Assembly: GCA_951406725.2 (NCBI GenBank)
Contig: OX597814.1
Span: 194,308,001 to 194,372,000 of the forward strand
Direction of reading: 5' to 3'
From: Octopus vulgaris
Taxonomy: Eukaryota
Length of the DNA: 64,000 bases
This document shows, one piece after another, positions 1-12,315 of this stretch; position 1 is the first letter of the stretch; each line of letters opens with the position of its first letter. The position numbers were made by a program, and so were the translations under genes. A model generated the notes under the pieces. It was not told the DNA's origin and made no database searches. It saw nothing but the letters and a program-made list of their open reading frames with translations.

Positions 1-447
1 TTCGAAATCAGTGACGGAAGTTACTGGAAAAACAATAAATAAATATTTGCAAACAGGTCTCCCTTCATCGAAAACCAGTGATTGCCGTACGCCGAAGACA
101 GGCAAATACCTAGAAACTGCAGTCCGTGCGTATCACTTAGGTTGACGAGAGAGGGATGACCTCCCTTTGCAAATACCATAAGAGCACAGAAAGTGTGCCT
201 AAAGCCAGCTGGAGACGATGATCTCCTGGGGCTAAAAGCTACAGTAACACCCACTCTTAGTGGTTAGCCATATTTAGATGGCTAGTATACCTTATAATGA
301 AAGTAATATAGCTAAGGCTACACAATGAAATGATGGTTACAAGGACACCCTGGGAGTTCATCACATACCCTCAATGTTAGTATATCACAATGTATGAGCT
401 AGGTAGACACATTGACACTAATATATGACTGAAATTGTTACTACTAT

Positions 448-819
448 AGGCGTAGGAGTGGCTGTGTCGTAAGTAGCTTGCTTACGAACCACATGGTTCT
501 GGGTTCAGTCCCGCTGCGTGTCACCTTGGGCAAGTGTCTTCTGCTATAGCCTCGGGTCGACCAAAGCCTTGTGAGTGGATTTGGCAGACGGAAACTGAAA
601 GAAGCCCTTCGTATATATGTGTGTGTATGTTTGTCTCCCCAACATCACTTGACAACCGATGCTGGTGTGTTTACGTTCCCGTAACTTAGCGGTTCAGCAA
701 AAGAAACCAATAGAATAAGTACTAGGCTTCCAAAGAATAAGTCCTGGGGTCGATTTGCTCGACTAAAGGTGGTGCTCCAGCATGGCCACAGTCAAATGAC
801 TGAAACAAGTAAAAGAGAG
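448..819 (+). mobile_element. tRNA-derived SINE, family 1 (full length)
   Basis: Head AGGCGTAGGAGTGGCTGTGT.GTAAG (A-box-like), GGTTCAGTCCC (B-box-like), internal (TA/TG)n, tail GACTGAAACAAGTAAAAGAG; about ten near-identical copies in the window. Confidence 0.85.
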
Positions 820-959
820 TTACGTAAATCCCAGAGTGGGATTAAGAGTGAAGTTGACTGCAATAGTAACGATAAAACAGAAACAGTTTCTATCTACCGA
901 ATCCTCAGTGGAACTGGCAGATTGAAACTGATAGAAAACCAGTGTTTGGTATTTTGCCA

Positions 960-2420
960 GGGAGAAATACCAAGCCAAAAATAAATCCCTGTACTTGGCG
1001 AAAGCCTTTGACAGGGTTCCCCTGTCTGGTGGTCAATGCAGAAACTAGGAAGATACGAGTTACTGGTCAGAGCTGTACAAGATCTGTACGGGGACGCTAC
1101 CAGTAACGTGAGGTTGGCAATGAGTACAGTGAAGAATTCAGGGTAGAAGTAGGGGTTCACTAAGGATCGGTACTCGGTCCCATCTTAGTTCTCCAGGAAA
1201 TAACTGAGGAATTTGAGACAGGCTACCTTGCTCTTATAGCCGATTCACTACCAGATCTAGAGAAGGTCTAGGTATGGAAGCAAGGTCTAAAATCGAAGGG
1301 CCTTAGAGTTAACCTGACAAAAACCATTCTTAGTAAGTAAGAAGGCAGATAAATCACAAATCCCTTCGGGTAGATGTCCCTGCTCAATCTGTAGGAGAGG
1401 TGTAGGTAGAAACTCCATAAGGCACACCCAGTGTAAGCTTTGGACACATAAAAGGTGCAGCAATATCGGAAGGTTAACAGGAAAAATAGCTTTTGTATGT
1501 GGAAGATGCACAGATACAATAAACACTGAAAATGTACAGAAAATAGACTCCACCAACTGCCACTGATGTAAGCTAGAAGTAGTAGATAGCTTACATTATC
1601 TAGGTGACCAAGTTAGTAGTGGAGGTCTGTTTACATCCCCATCACTTAGTGGTTCGGCAAAAAGAGACCGATAGAATAAGTACTGGGCTTACAAAGAATA
1701 ATTCCTGGGGTCGATTTACTCAACTAAAGGCGGTGCTCCAGCATGGCTGCAATCAAATGACTGAAACAAGTAAAAGAGAGATATCAGAACTTTTTGTTGT
1801 GTTCCAAGCACAAAATTAGTATTGGTTTCAAATTTTAGTGCAAATCCAGCAATTCTGGAGGAATTAAATTCGCTGATGTGGCCGATGAAAGCACCACCTG
1901 ACTGGCACCTGTGCCAGTGGAACATTAAAAGTACCATCCGAGTGTGATCGTTGCCAGGGCCGCTGACTGGCTCCCGTGCCAGTGGCACATAAAAAGACAA
2001 CATTCGAGTGAGGTTGTTGCCAGTGCGCTGGACTGGCCCCTGTGCTGGTGGCACATGAAAAGCACCATTTAAGCACGATCAATACCAGCGTCGCCTTACT
2101 GACACATGAAAAACAACATTTGAGTGAGGTTGTTGCCAGTACCGCTGGACTGGCTCCCTGTGCAGGTGGCACATAAAAAAAACACCATTTGAGCGTGGCT
2201 GTCACCAGTACTGCTTGATTGGCCCTTGTGCCAGTGGCATGTAAAAGCACCCACTATACACTCAAGGAGTGGTTGGCGTTTGGAAGGGCATCCAGCTGTA
2301 GAAACTCTGCCAGATCAAGACTGGAGCCTGGTGCAGCCATCTGGTTCGTCAGTCCTCAGTCAAACTGTCCAACCCATGCCAGCATGGAAAGCAGGCGTTA
2401 AACGATGAGGATGATGATGA
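960..2420 (+). mobile_element. RTE-like LINE remnants (decayed RT region and 3' region with (GAT)n tail), interrupted by a SINE 3' fragment at ~1627-1781
   Basis: Decayed RT-like words (AAAGCCTTTGACAGGGTT = KAFDRV; GGGGTTCACTAAGGATCGGTACTC = G-V-H-x-G-S-V-L); 3' end GCCAGCATGGAAAGCAGGCGTTAAACGATGAGGATGATGA is shared with other copies. Confidence 0.65.
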
Positions 2421-2959
2421 TATCGGCCCTAATGCTCAATTAACACTTAATTTATTGACTCCAAAAGTATGAAAGGATGTAAATTGTGTTGAAACAAATT
2501 TTGACGTAATGACAACAAAATATACAAGCATAAGGGAGACAATCAATTTCTGTAAAGAGTTACCACCCTTCTCCATAGTAGTTGTACCTACCCCAGGAAA
2601 GTGAGTTTTCAGCCCCCAGTGGTGCCGTTATTCATTATGTGAAAAACTTTAGGTCTAAAATATAAGTAATGTATGTTCCCAGTTTGGAGAAAATCAGTTG
2701 CACTTTAGAAGTTCTGCAGGTTTACACACACACATTCTGAGTTCTATAGATAGACAGATACAGTTGGGTATGTGATATGCCACGTTTTCTGGCATATTAG
2801 GTGCACTTTTCCTTCCCCAAACTTTCCCCTGAAAGTCCTGCTATGTCTTGCTGAAGGTCAGACTAGCAGTGGGTAAAGTTGATTAATGTTATTAACAATG
2901 GACAGTGATGGTGGTGGTATTTCGTAGTGTAAAAGTATTGAAAACTTAGCCTATAATAA

Positions 2960-3390
2960 TCTTTTCTACACTAAGCACAAGGCCTGAAATTTTTGGGGAG
3001 GAGGCCAGACGATTAGAGCGACGCCAGTACACAACTGAAAGAATGAAATGCAAAGTTTGACAGACGAAATACCACTAAGCATTTAGCCCGGCATGCCAGT
3101 ATTTCTAATTTCTTTACTGCCCACAAGGGGCTACACACAGAGGAGACAAACTGATTAAGTCGATTATATCGACCCCAGTGCGTAACTGGTACTTATTTAA
3201 ATCGACCCCGAAAAGTTGAAAGGCAAAGTCGACCTTGGCGGAATTTGAACTGAAAACATAGTAGTAGACGAAATATCGCTAAGCATTTCGCCCAGCAAGC
3301 TGACGTTTCTGCCAACTGTTATTTATTCAGACGAAATACCACTAAGCATTTCCTCTGGCATGCCAATGTGTCTGCCAGCTCGCCACCTTC
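2960..3390 (-). mobile_element. SINE family 2, nested/partial copies
   Basis: Reverse complement matches the GAGCTGGCAGAA...TTCGTCT...GAGTTCAAATTCCGCC...CCTTTCGGGGTCGAT...AAGTACCAG family also seen at 9850, 19998, 22640 and 30603. Confidence 0.75.
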
Positions 3391-3486
3391 AATAATAAAT
3401 AGCTCATCAAGCCTCAGTCACAATTTATGTTCCTAACACAAACTTAATGAAAACTAAGTTATTTTACTAAATTCTTTGTTATATCT

Positions 3487-3888
3487 TCTTTATATACAAA
3501 AGTGAGGTTGTGTGCTGTCTGTCTCCTACGATTTAGATTCCTAACTACTCCCACATTTTGCGGTGCAGTTTAACCAAAACCGGGTATCTTATAGTCGTGA
3601 TTCATATCGAGCCCTTCTGGATATTAGCGCGCGTCTACGATGAGTCTACGATTTAAAAAAATTTACCATCATTTTCCCCCATTTTTAATGCATTTTTTTG
3701 CTATTATATAAGGGAAGTAACTCTCTAAAAATGTATTATTAAATCTCAGAACGTAAAAAGCTACAGTAACACCACCACCCCCCTTTGTGGTTAGCCATAT
3801 TGAGATGGCTATTATACTTTACATCTCTAAAAATGCTTATATAGTTATTTCCCTTAGAAACCCGAGCAACGCCGGGTGATACTGCTAG
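3487..3888 (+). mobile_element. Non-autonomous Helitron, inserted in a piggyBac-type MITE (~3410-3947, minus)
   Basis: 5' TCTTTATATACAAAAG; 3' hairpin CCCGAGCAACGCCGGG followed by CTAG|T. The flanks match the MITE at 20329, and one ends in GAAAGGGTTAA. Confidence 0.8.
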
Positions 3889-3974
3889 TTTATATTAATT
3901 GAAAGAAACAGATTATCTCAACAGAAATACGGTAATGAAAGGGTTAAACAATGATGTATATTAGTTGTTATGCT

Positions 3975-4177
3975 TGCTCCTGTGCTGGTGGCACATGAAA
4001 AGCATCCACTACACTCTCAGTGTGGTTGGCGTTAGGAAGGGCATCCAGCTGTCGAAACATTGCCAGATCAGATTGGAGCCTGGCGCAACCTTCTAGCTCT
4101 CCAGACCTCAGTAAAACCGTGCAACCCATGCCAGCATGGAAAACGGACATTAAACGATGATGATGATGATGATGATG
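3975..4177 (+). mobile_element. RTE-like LINE 3' end with (GAT)n tail
   Basis: GGTTGGCGTTAGGAAGGGCATCCAGCTG...CCAGCATGGAAAACGGACATTAAACGATGATGATG. Confidence 0.7.
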
Positions 4178-4624
4178 CCAAATAATTGTATGTGGTTGGA
4201 AGGATATAAATAGGTAAAAAAAAATAACATAAAATTTGAGACAGAGAAGAAGATTACAAAACAAAGTATGGCATGGAATCAGACAAGTGTGAACACATAC
4301 CTGAAAAGCTTAGAAATAGAAGTCTGGTGATGGAAGTATCTGGTGGGGCTGAAGAGAGAAAGTTCAGCAGTTGGGATGTGATCTTGAATCACTTCCAAAT
4401 CAAACATGGGACTGCAAATCTTGATCCACAACCACTTTTGAAAGACTAGAATGCAATCTCAGTGGCATATTTGTGCTGTTACAAATGGAAAAACTAACTA
4501 TTTAAACCAGTGGTTTTCCACCATTTTTTTTGCTTGTGGACCCTTTTATTCCTTATTTTACTTTACTGGACCCTCATAGCCATTCAATGTTTTTTTTAAA
4601 ATCTATTATATTTTTATAATTAAA

Positions 4625-5021
4625 TTAGCAGTATCGCCCGGCGTTGCTCGGGTTTGTAAGGGAAATAACTATAGAAGCATTTTTAGAGAGTTATAGTCAA
4701 AAAATAGCAAAAAAATGCATTAAAAATGGGGAAAAAATGATGGTAAATTTTTTTTAAATCGTTGACTCATCGTAGACATTTTTAGAGAGTTACTTCCCTT
4801 ATATAATAGCGAAAAAATGCATTAAAATGGAAAAAAATGATGGTAAATTATTTTTAAAATCGTAGACTCATCGTAAACGTGCGCTAATACCCAGACGGGC
4901 TCGATATGAATCATGACTATAAGATACCCAGCTTTGGTTAAACTGCACCACAAAATGTGGGAGTAGTTAGGAATCTAAATCGTAGGAGACAGACACACAA
5001 CTTCTCTTTTATATATAAAGA
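4625..5021 (-). mobile_element. Non-autonomous Helitron (same family as 3487)
   Basis: Reverse complement starts TCTTTATATATAAAAG and ends hairpin CCCGAGCAACGCCGGG...CTAA. Confidence 0.8.
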
Positions 5022-5079
5022 TATTATTAAGAATTGTATTTTAAAAAATTGTAAGATTTTGTTTTTAAAATTTATATGC

Positions 5080-5245
5080 AGGCGCAGGAGTGGCTGTGTG
5101 GTAAGTAGCTTGCTAGCCAACCACATGGTTCCGGGTTCAGTCCCACTGCGTGGCATCTTGGGCAAGTGTCTTCTGCTATAGCCCCGGGCCGACCAATGCC
5201 TTGTGAGTGGATTTGGTAGACTGATACTGAAAGAAGCCTGTCATA

Positions 5246-5290
<45 letters not shown>

Positions 5291-5485
5291 ATGTGTTTGT
5301 CCCCCTAGCATTGCTTGACAACCGATGCTGGTGTGTTTACGTCCCCGTCACTTAGCGGTTCGGCAAAAGAGACCGATAGAATAAGTACTGGACTTACAAA
5401 GAATAAGTCCCGGGGTCGATTTGCTCGACTAAAAGGTGGTGCTCCAGCATGGCCGCAGTCAAATGACTGAAACAAGTAAAAGAGT
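5080..5485 (+). mobile_element. SINE family 1
   Basis: Full head-to-tail match to the 448 copy. Confidence 0.85.
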
Positions 5486-5782
5486 ATGCAATAAATTGCT
5501 TATATTTCTACAAGGCACAAAATATTTTGTGAACCCCAGTTGGGAAATAAAGGATCAATCTTATTGAGTAGATGCCAGAAGTGAGAGCCACTGATGACAA
5601 AACAGTTGATTGGTCCCGTCTCCCAGGTGCAACTTTCATTAATAGCTGCAGATTCAAATTAACTGAAACGACAAGTAACATGGATTTTAAGGGCTTGAAC
5701 TTAGAGATAGGGTATAGTTGATTAAATTAACACTAGAACTTGACTAACACATTGGTTCTTCAAACAGAATTATTGTATTTTC

Positions 5783-6178
5783 AGGCGCAGGAGTGGCTGT
5801 GTGGTAAGTAGCTTGCTAACCAACCACATGGTTCCGGGTTCAGTCCCACTGCGTGGCATCTTGGGCAAGTGTCTTCTGCTATAGCCCCGGGCTGACCAAT
5901 GCCTTGTGAGTGGATTTGGTAGACAGAAACTGAAAGAAGCCTGTCGTATATATGTATATGTGTGTGTATATGTTTGTCTGTCTGTGTTTGTCCCCCTAGC
6001 ATTGCTTGACAATCGATGCTGGTGTGTTTACGTCCCCGTCACTTAGCGGTTCGGCAAAAGAGACCGATAGAATAAGTACTGGGTTTACAAAGAATAAGTC
6101 CCGGGGTCGATTTGCTCGACTAAAAGGCGGTGCTCCAGCATGGCCACAGTCAAATGACTGAAAAAAGAGAAAGAGAAT
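5783..6178 (+). mobile_element. SINE family 1
   Basis: Full head-to-tail match. Confidence 0.85.
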
Positions 6179-6738
6179 AAAAGTTGAATTTTTCAGACTA
6201 AAATTTATAGAGGAGAAAAAAGGTAGGTCAACTTAAACACCAGTTTGGAGGACCCAAAGAGTCCATGTGAAATACAGCAGGATTTAGAAAGATAGTGGTG
6301 ACGTTTGAATGTTTACACTATATAGTGTATATTAACGTGTATAAGGAACCTTCTTTTGTCAAAAATTAGGTTAAAAAAATGGGAGTTTCTGATACATAGA
6401 TAGTATTATTATAATCCCTTACAAAACCTTTTGTCCAAATTTTAAGCCCCCAAAATTAGGGGGTTCCTTATACATGTTGAAATACAGTAGTATATCAATT
6501 TGTATGCTGGAAAATACAGTAAAAGTAATGTATTCCTTTATAGAAAATGAAGATGTTTTGACATTCATTCCTTTCTGAAAGGCACCAGCAAGTATCACTG
6601 AAACCGAATGGATTCAGAGTAAATCTGAAACTACATGATTTTATTTTGAATTTGCTTCTGGCTCCAAGGAATACAGCACATCATTACTTAATATACGGAT
6701 ATTCCACATAACCAAAGAACTTGACCATTTATAGTAAA

Positions 6739-7111
6739 CTAGCAGTATCGCCCGGCGTTGCTTGGGTTTGTAAGGGAAATAACTATATAAGCATTTTTAG
6801 AGATGTAAAGTATAATAGCCATCTCAATATGGCTAACCACAAAGGGGGTGTTACTGTAGCTTTTTACGTTCTGAGATTTAATAATAAATTTTTAGAGAGT
6901 TACTTCCCTTATATATGCCAAAAATGGGAAAAATTGATGGTAAATTTTTTTTTAAATCGTAGACTCATGCTAATACCCAGAAGGGCTCGATATGAATCAC
7001 GACTATAAGATACCCGGTTTTGGTTAAACTGCACCACAAAATGTGGGAGTAGTTAGGAATCTAAATCGTAGGAGACAGACAGACACACAACCTTACTTTT
7101 ATATATAAAGA
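6739..7111 (-). mobile_element. Non-autonomous Helitron (same family)
   Basis: Plus strand reads A|CTAGCAGTATCGCCCGGCGTTGCTTGGG ... TTTTATATATAAAGA|T, i.e. TC...hairpin-CTAG on minus, inserted in an AT dinucleotide. Confidence 0.8.
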
Positions 7112-7399
7112 TGAGACACTAATGCACTCAAGAGTGGTACACAAGAACAAGCAATAACCATAGAACTTCCACAGGTTATTTTGAAAACTATGAGATTGTT
7201 TGAAATTTATTGAGAACAACGAAATGCATAATTTGTGTTGAAATTGTACTTTTTTTTTTGTAAAATGTTTGACACTTGATATTGAATAAAGACTACTTAT
7301 ACAGAAGTGAAGGCACAATCTTAGGAGAGAAAATTCTTTGAAAACTATACTGCTTGCATTAGCTAGCTAACTGACAACAGATGTGGAAGCTTTCGTCTG

Positions 7400-7482
7400 C
7401 TTCTTAGGACTGACTGACCCGTGTGCTTGAGCACCGTTGGCATGGAACCCTTCTCCACCTTGGTTTTTGAAGGTCCCGTTTC
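7400..7482 (-). pseudogene. Degenerate 28S (LSU) rRNA fragment
   Basis: Reverse complement GGTGGAGAAGGGTTCCATG...ACGGGTCAGTCAGTCCTAAG resembles the conserved eukaryotic LSU segment AGTGGAGAAGGGTTCCATGTGAACAGCAGTTGAACATGGGTCAGTCGGTCCTAAG. Confidence 0.75.
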
Positions 7483-8842
7483 TTATACATATTGCTATCT
7501 CCTCTACCTTCAATCTCTCCATAATATATTCTGTTTTAGTACAATTATGTCACTAAAGCTTAACAAGTCTTAATGTGTAAAACTACAGTTGCAAGACAAA
7601 AAAAAAAAAGCCCCTGCTACTAAAAGGAGTTGGGGTAGTTATTGAGACTGGAAAGTGTCTTCATGGCAGGGGTTGAAAGGTTATGATAGAGTGACAAGCA
7701 CAGGTGCCTTGGGTGAGAACCACTGAAAAGGAGATAAAAGAAGGTTGTGATAAAGGGCCAAAGCAAATGTTCAAGATATAAGGTGAGTATAATGGACAGT
7801 GAGTTGGTGGAGTGGATACTATCATAAGAGTGTGAAGGTAGAGGTGAATGTAGTCAGTGATGAACAGGGATGGGGGTACGGTTGATGGGAAATGTCAATA
7901 TGGAGAGGGATAAGGTGGGAGGGAGACAAGTTGCTCAAGAAGGACAGATAATAAGTTAAGGGAATGATTGTTTATAATGAATTATGTCTTTGATTTTGTT
8001 TCAAAGGTGAAGTGTTACATATGTAGAAAGTAGCAGATGAATAAATATAGATTAATCAATCCCTGGGACTCAACAGGGCTTAAATTCTTTAAAAATGGAT
8101 TGATGCATTAGAACAATGATTTTCAACCATCTTTTACTGAGATGGACCCTCATATCCTTCCAATGTTTAAAAACAATCCATATTTTTATAATCAAATATT
8201 ATTAGGAATTGTATAAAAACATTGTTACAATTTTGTATATTGTACAAGTGTGACCAATTTATTAAATTCAGAAAAATACTTGCTTGAAAGAAATGAAGCT
8301 AGCATGATCCGCTGGATGTGTAATGTCAGTGTGCATACATGACAGTGTAAGCACCCTGAGAGAAAAGTTGGACATAAAGAGGCATCAGATGTGGTGTGCA
8401 AGAGAGATGACTGTGTTGGTATGGTCATTGCGTCACACACTAACAGTGGAAGGAACCTGTGGAAGAGGTAGACCCAGGAAGACTTGGGATGGGGCAATGA
8501 CAAGGGACTGTAATGACGCCATTTTGGAAGTCTTCAGCATGTATGCGCAAAGTTGGATTTCTTCTGGTAGGCCGCCAGAAGTTCCCTCATGCGCATGTGC
8601 AGAGAACTACCAACAACAAAACTTCCTGTGTATCAATCTCTCTCTCGAAGCTGACAGCAAATCGAACGGACGCGTCCTCACAGCTCCATCAAACTGCCAC
8701 CACATGGCGAAGCTACACTACGCTGGAACGAAACAGGATTTTGGTTCACGCCATTCAACCACAGCGACTAGCTCCATGGCTACCAGTTCGCCCTGAAGGA
8801 AACATATATTATTGCGAATCCTGGAAATAAAAATATTTATGT

Positions 8843-9240
8843 TCTTTTACTCTTTTACTTGTTTCAGTCATTTGACTGTGGCCATGCTGGAGCACAACCT
8901 TTATTCGAGCAAATCGACCCCAAGACTTATTCTTTGTAAGCCTAGTACTTATTCAATCTGTCTCTTTTGCCGAACCACTAATTTACAGGAACGTAAACAC
9001 ACCAGCATCGGTTGTCAAGCGATGTTGTGGGGTACAAACACAGACACACAAACACACACACATATACATATATACGAAGGGCTTCTTTCAGTTTCCATCT
9101 ACCAAATCTACTCACAAGGCTTTGGATGACCCGAGGCTATAGTAGAAGACACTTGCCCAAGGATCCACACAGTGGGACTGAACCCAGAACCATGTGGTTG
9201 GTAAGCAAGCTACTTACCACACAGCCACTCCTACGCCTAT
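8843..9240 (-). mobile_element. SINE family 1 (abuts the U6 3' end)
   Basis: Full-length reverse copy; its head begins right after the U6 oligo-T. Confidence 0.85.
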
Positions 9241-9335
9241 AAAAAATATGGAACGCTTCACGAATGTGCGTGTCATCCTTGCGCAGGGGCCATGCTAATC
9301 TCTGTATCATTCCAATTTTAGAATATGTACCACCG
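9241..9335 (-). pseudogene. U6: U6 snRNA retro-pseudogene (5'-truncated, 3-nt deletion after the ACAGAGA box)
   Basis: Reverse complement: ACATATTCTAAAATTGGAATGATACAGAGATTAGCATGGCCCCTGCGCAAGGATGACACGCACATTCGTGAAGCGTTCCATATTTTTT, nearly identical to metazoan U6. The upstream flank is LTR sequence, not a PSE/TATA promoter. Confidence 0.93.
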
Positions 9336-9849
9336 TTGTTGAAGATATTTGAAGTCTTGGCTTTTCCTTTGACAAATAATTTAATGTAAGGGATGAGACC
9401 TGCACCCCTCAAGTGTTACAGATCTTTCATCCTTGTTACAGGACTGAGACCTTTGGAGATATGCTGTGATTGAGAAGACCCGGCAAGTAAAATGAGATCG
9501 CAGCTGTGGCCAATACCAGTGTCACATAACCAGCCTGTTTAAAAGTATCCTTGAATCACCAGGCGAAATGCTGTGCTTGAGAAGACCTGTTGAGTCAAGT
9601 GAAATCGTAGTTGCAGCTGATGCCAGTGTTGCTTGACTGACTCCCTGAGCAAGTGGCACATAAAAAGCACCATCCGAACGTGGTTGATGCTAGTGCCACC
9701 TGATGGGCTCCAATGTTGATGGCACATAAAAAGCACCCACTATACCCTTAGAGTGGTTGGCGTTAGGAAGGGCATCCAGCTGTAGAAACCTTGCCAGATC
9801 AGATTGGAGCCTGGTGCAGCTTCCTGGCTTGCCAGACCCCGGTCGAAAC

Positions 9850-10085
9850 TATTTCTTTATTACCCACAAGGGGCTAAACACAGAGAGGACAAACAAGGAC
9901 AGGCAAACGGATTAAGTCGATTATATCGACCCCAGTGCGTAACTGGTACTTAATTTAATCGACCCCGAAAGGATGAAAGGTAAAGTCGACCTCGGCGGAA
10001 TTTAAACTCAGAATGTAACGGCAGACGAAATACTGCTTAGCATTTTGCCCGGCGTGCTAACGATTCTGCCAGCTTGCCGCCGCCT
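9850..10085 (-). mobile_element. SINE family 2 (full length)
   Basis: Reverse complement GGCGGCAAGCTGGCAGAATCGTTAGCACGCCGGG...GTAATAAAGAAATA. Confidence 0.8.
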
Positions 10086-10534
10086 TATTCAAACCATCCC
10101 ACCCATGCCAGCATGGAAAATGGACGTTAATCAATGATGATGATGATTGATGGACCTCCAAGGGCTACATGGACCCAGATTGAAAACCACTGCATTAGGG
10201 TGACAGTAATTCATAACAGATAATGCAACAGTAGAAGTTTTATGGCAGGGGTGAGATTGTGTGATGTTCATTAGTGATGTGAAAGGTAGAGAGTTCAATG
10301 ATACAATGGGACCAGTTGTTGGTGTGGATGGGAAAAGACTTGTGTTGTGGGCCCTTACTGGATGAGGAGTAGAGGTTACATAGAAGAGCAACTCTGAGTA
10401 AACAACATAACATCATTTTAACTTGTCTTCAGATACCAAGCAATGCACCCCTCCCCCCACCTTTCTCTTTCTGTAACAGTGGATTACACTGTACAGCTGT
10501 GGTGGAAGTAGTGGTAGTAGGGAGAGGAGCATTT

Positions 10535-10594
10535 GTGCATGTGCACATTATATATATATATATATACATGTATGTAGACATCTGGACAGATGTA

Positions 10595-10632
<38 letters not shown>

Positions 10633-10764
10633 GACATTGGGCATATGTATATGCCCAATGTGTGTGTGTGTATTTACACACATATACATACATCTATACA
10701 TATGCCCAATGTCTATATACACACACATATATACATAGATACATCTGTCCAGATACCTACCTAC

Positions 10765-10795
<31 letters not shown>

Positions 10796-10920
10796 CATAC
10801 ACACACACACACATCTGTATATAAATACACACACATACATAGATATCTGTGCATATGTCCAGATGTGTGTTTATATATATATACATACATATACACATAC
10901 ATACAAATATATATATACAT
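10535..10920. repeat. Compound (TA)/(CA)/(TG) microsatellite with local inverted symmetry
   Basis: Visible dinucleotide runs; ACATCTGGACAGATGT and ATTGGGCATATGTATATGCCCAAT palindromes. Confidence 0.85.
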
Positions 10921-11775
10921 TCTGCATTTCATATTTAGGGAACTTATCTCTTCATCTTTGTCCATCCTCTTTTAACTTCCACCTTTCGTTACATCTCCCC
11001 CACCACCACTATTAAAAAGAAATGTCTGACTTATCAGTTACCTATTTAGTAGATAAGTTGGTCGGGCCTAATGTTGTTTATAATCATTCAGGTGAGGTAG
11101 TGGAGTTCTTGCTGTGTCTTCTCATTTTTACTTTAGACTCGCACACACATCTATCCATAGAAATGAATTGCTACTACTACTACTACTACTACCATCACCA
11201 CCACGAACCAACCTGGAGCCTATACATGATCATTTGACCATTAGAAATAGCAGTGAAATCTCCCCTCAAAACATACCTTACCACCTTAAGAAGAAGAAAA
11301 AAACACCTGGAATATCCTAATTACAACTATGTCTGCAAAGAATAGAATGGACATGTTTGGAATGTCTTTGATCAAAAAAAATCTCCTTGATCAGGACTGA
11401 CCTTGGGCTAAACAACCCCCCCCCATACATACATCCTCACTCCCCCCACTCTACACGTCTTGCCCCACCCCATCCCACCACACAATCTACCTACAGTAAT
11501 ATACTCTTGCATTGATAAAACCAACAAGATGACCTTTTTCTGCTGCCGTAGTTACAGCTTCCAGAAGAAGAACCAAAACATGAATTACTTCTAACAAGAC
11601 ATCCCAATGGTTTATGATACCAAGATACCATTCGGGTTTCATATTTATCTGTTTATTGTCTCGGGAGAATTAATACTCATTAACATTCAATTACAAGAAT
11701 CCAAACTGCTAGCAGAATCATCCTTCTCTCTTACACTTTTTTTACCCAGCATCCATTTACTTACCTAATACATCC

Positions 11776-11811
<36 letters not shown>

Positions 11812-12107
11812 TCAATCTATCTCGCATACATATATAAACCAATCTGGATATAGCCCTCTTTCTCACATACATACATATACACACACATATATAATATATA
11901 TATACACACACATACATATATATATACACACATACATATATATGCATACATATACATACACACATATATATATATACACACACCTATATCTACATATCCC
12001 CATTTAGTTATATATAATATATACACCTAGCAACATATCTCTTATTTCTCTCTCAATATATCTATTTATCTACCTACATCTGTCCTTTTCCCTTCACACA
12101 CACACAC

Positions 12108-12154
<47 letters not shown>

Positions 12155-12315
12155 GCATACATACAAAACCACTTCATACGTATCTGCTCCACTTTCACAT
12201 ACCAAGCTTCCTACTATCCTAACTCAGTATTTATCTATCACCTCTGTAATTCTTCATCTTTCTTTCACATAATATACATAAATATTCGTCGATTCACAGT
12301 TCCGTATTCTGTAAA

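Larger units (their letters stand above)
8509..9440. mobile_element. Solo LTR (Gypsy-like), interrupted by the U6-SINE insertion
   Basis: TGTAAT...GTTACA termini with perfect 4-bp TSD GGAC (8505-8508 / 9441-9444); both halves align with the uninterrupted copy at 25878-26330. Confidence 0.8.
8270..10150 (+). mobile_element. RTE-like LINE 3' portion (8270-8508, 9441-9850, 10090-10150), split by insertions
   Basis: C-terminal RT-like peptide (LERNEASMIRWMCNV..., VEGTCGRGRPRKTW); the sequence resumes after the solo LTR and ends in a (TGA)n tail. Confidence 0.7.
8114..10192. mobile_element. hAT-type MITE hosting nested RTE, solo LTR, U6-SINE and SINE insertions
   Basis: TIR-like ends CAATGATTTTCAACC / GATTGAAAACCACTG; 8-bp flanks CATTAGAA / CATTAGGG; 5' part resembles the element starting CAGTGGTTTTCCCACC at ~4508. 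Confidence 0.55.

Noticed and set aside
5072-6012. Recurrent ORFs such as MPRSGTEPGTMWLVSKLLTTQPLLRL
   Set aside because: Antisense translations of SINE family 1, recurring at every copy.
9241-9335. Functional U6 gene
   Set aside because: Missing 5' stem, deletion next to the ACAGAGA box, embedded in an LTR without an upstream promoter.
10429-12026. Several ORFs rich in Y/I/C/V/H/T
   Set aside because: Dinucleotide-repeat translations.
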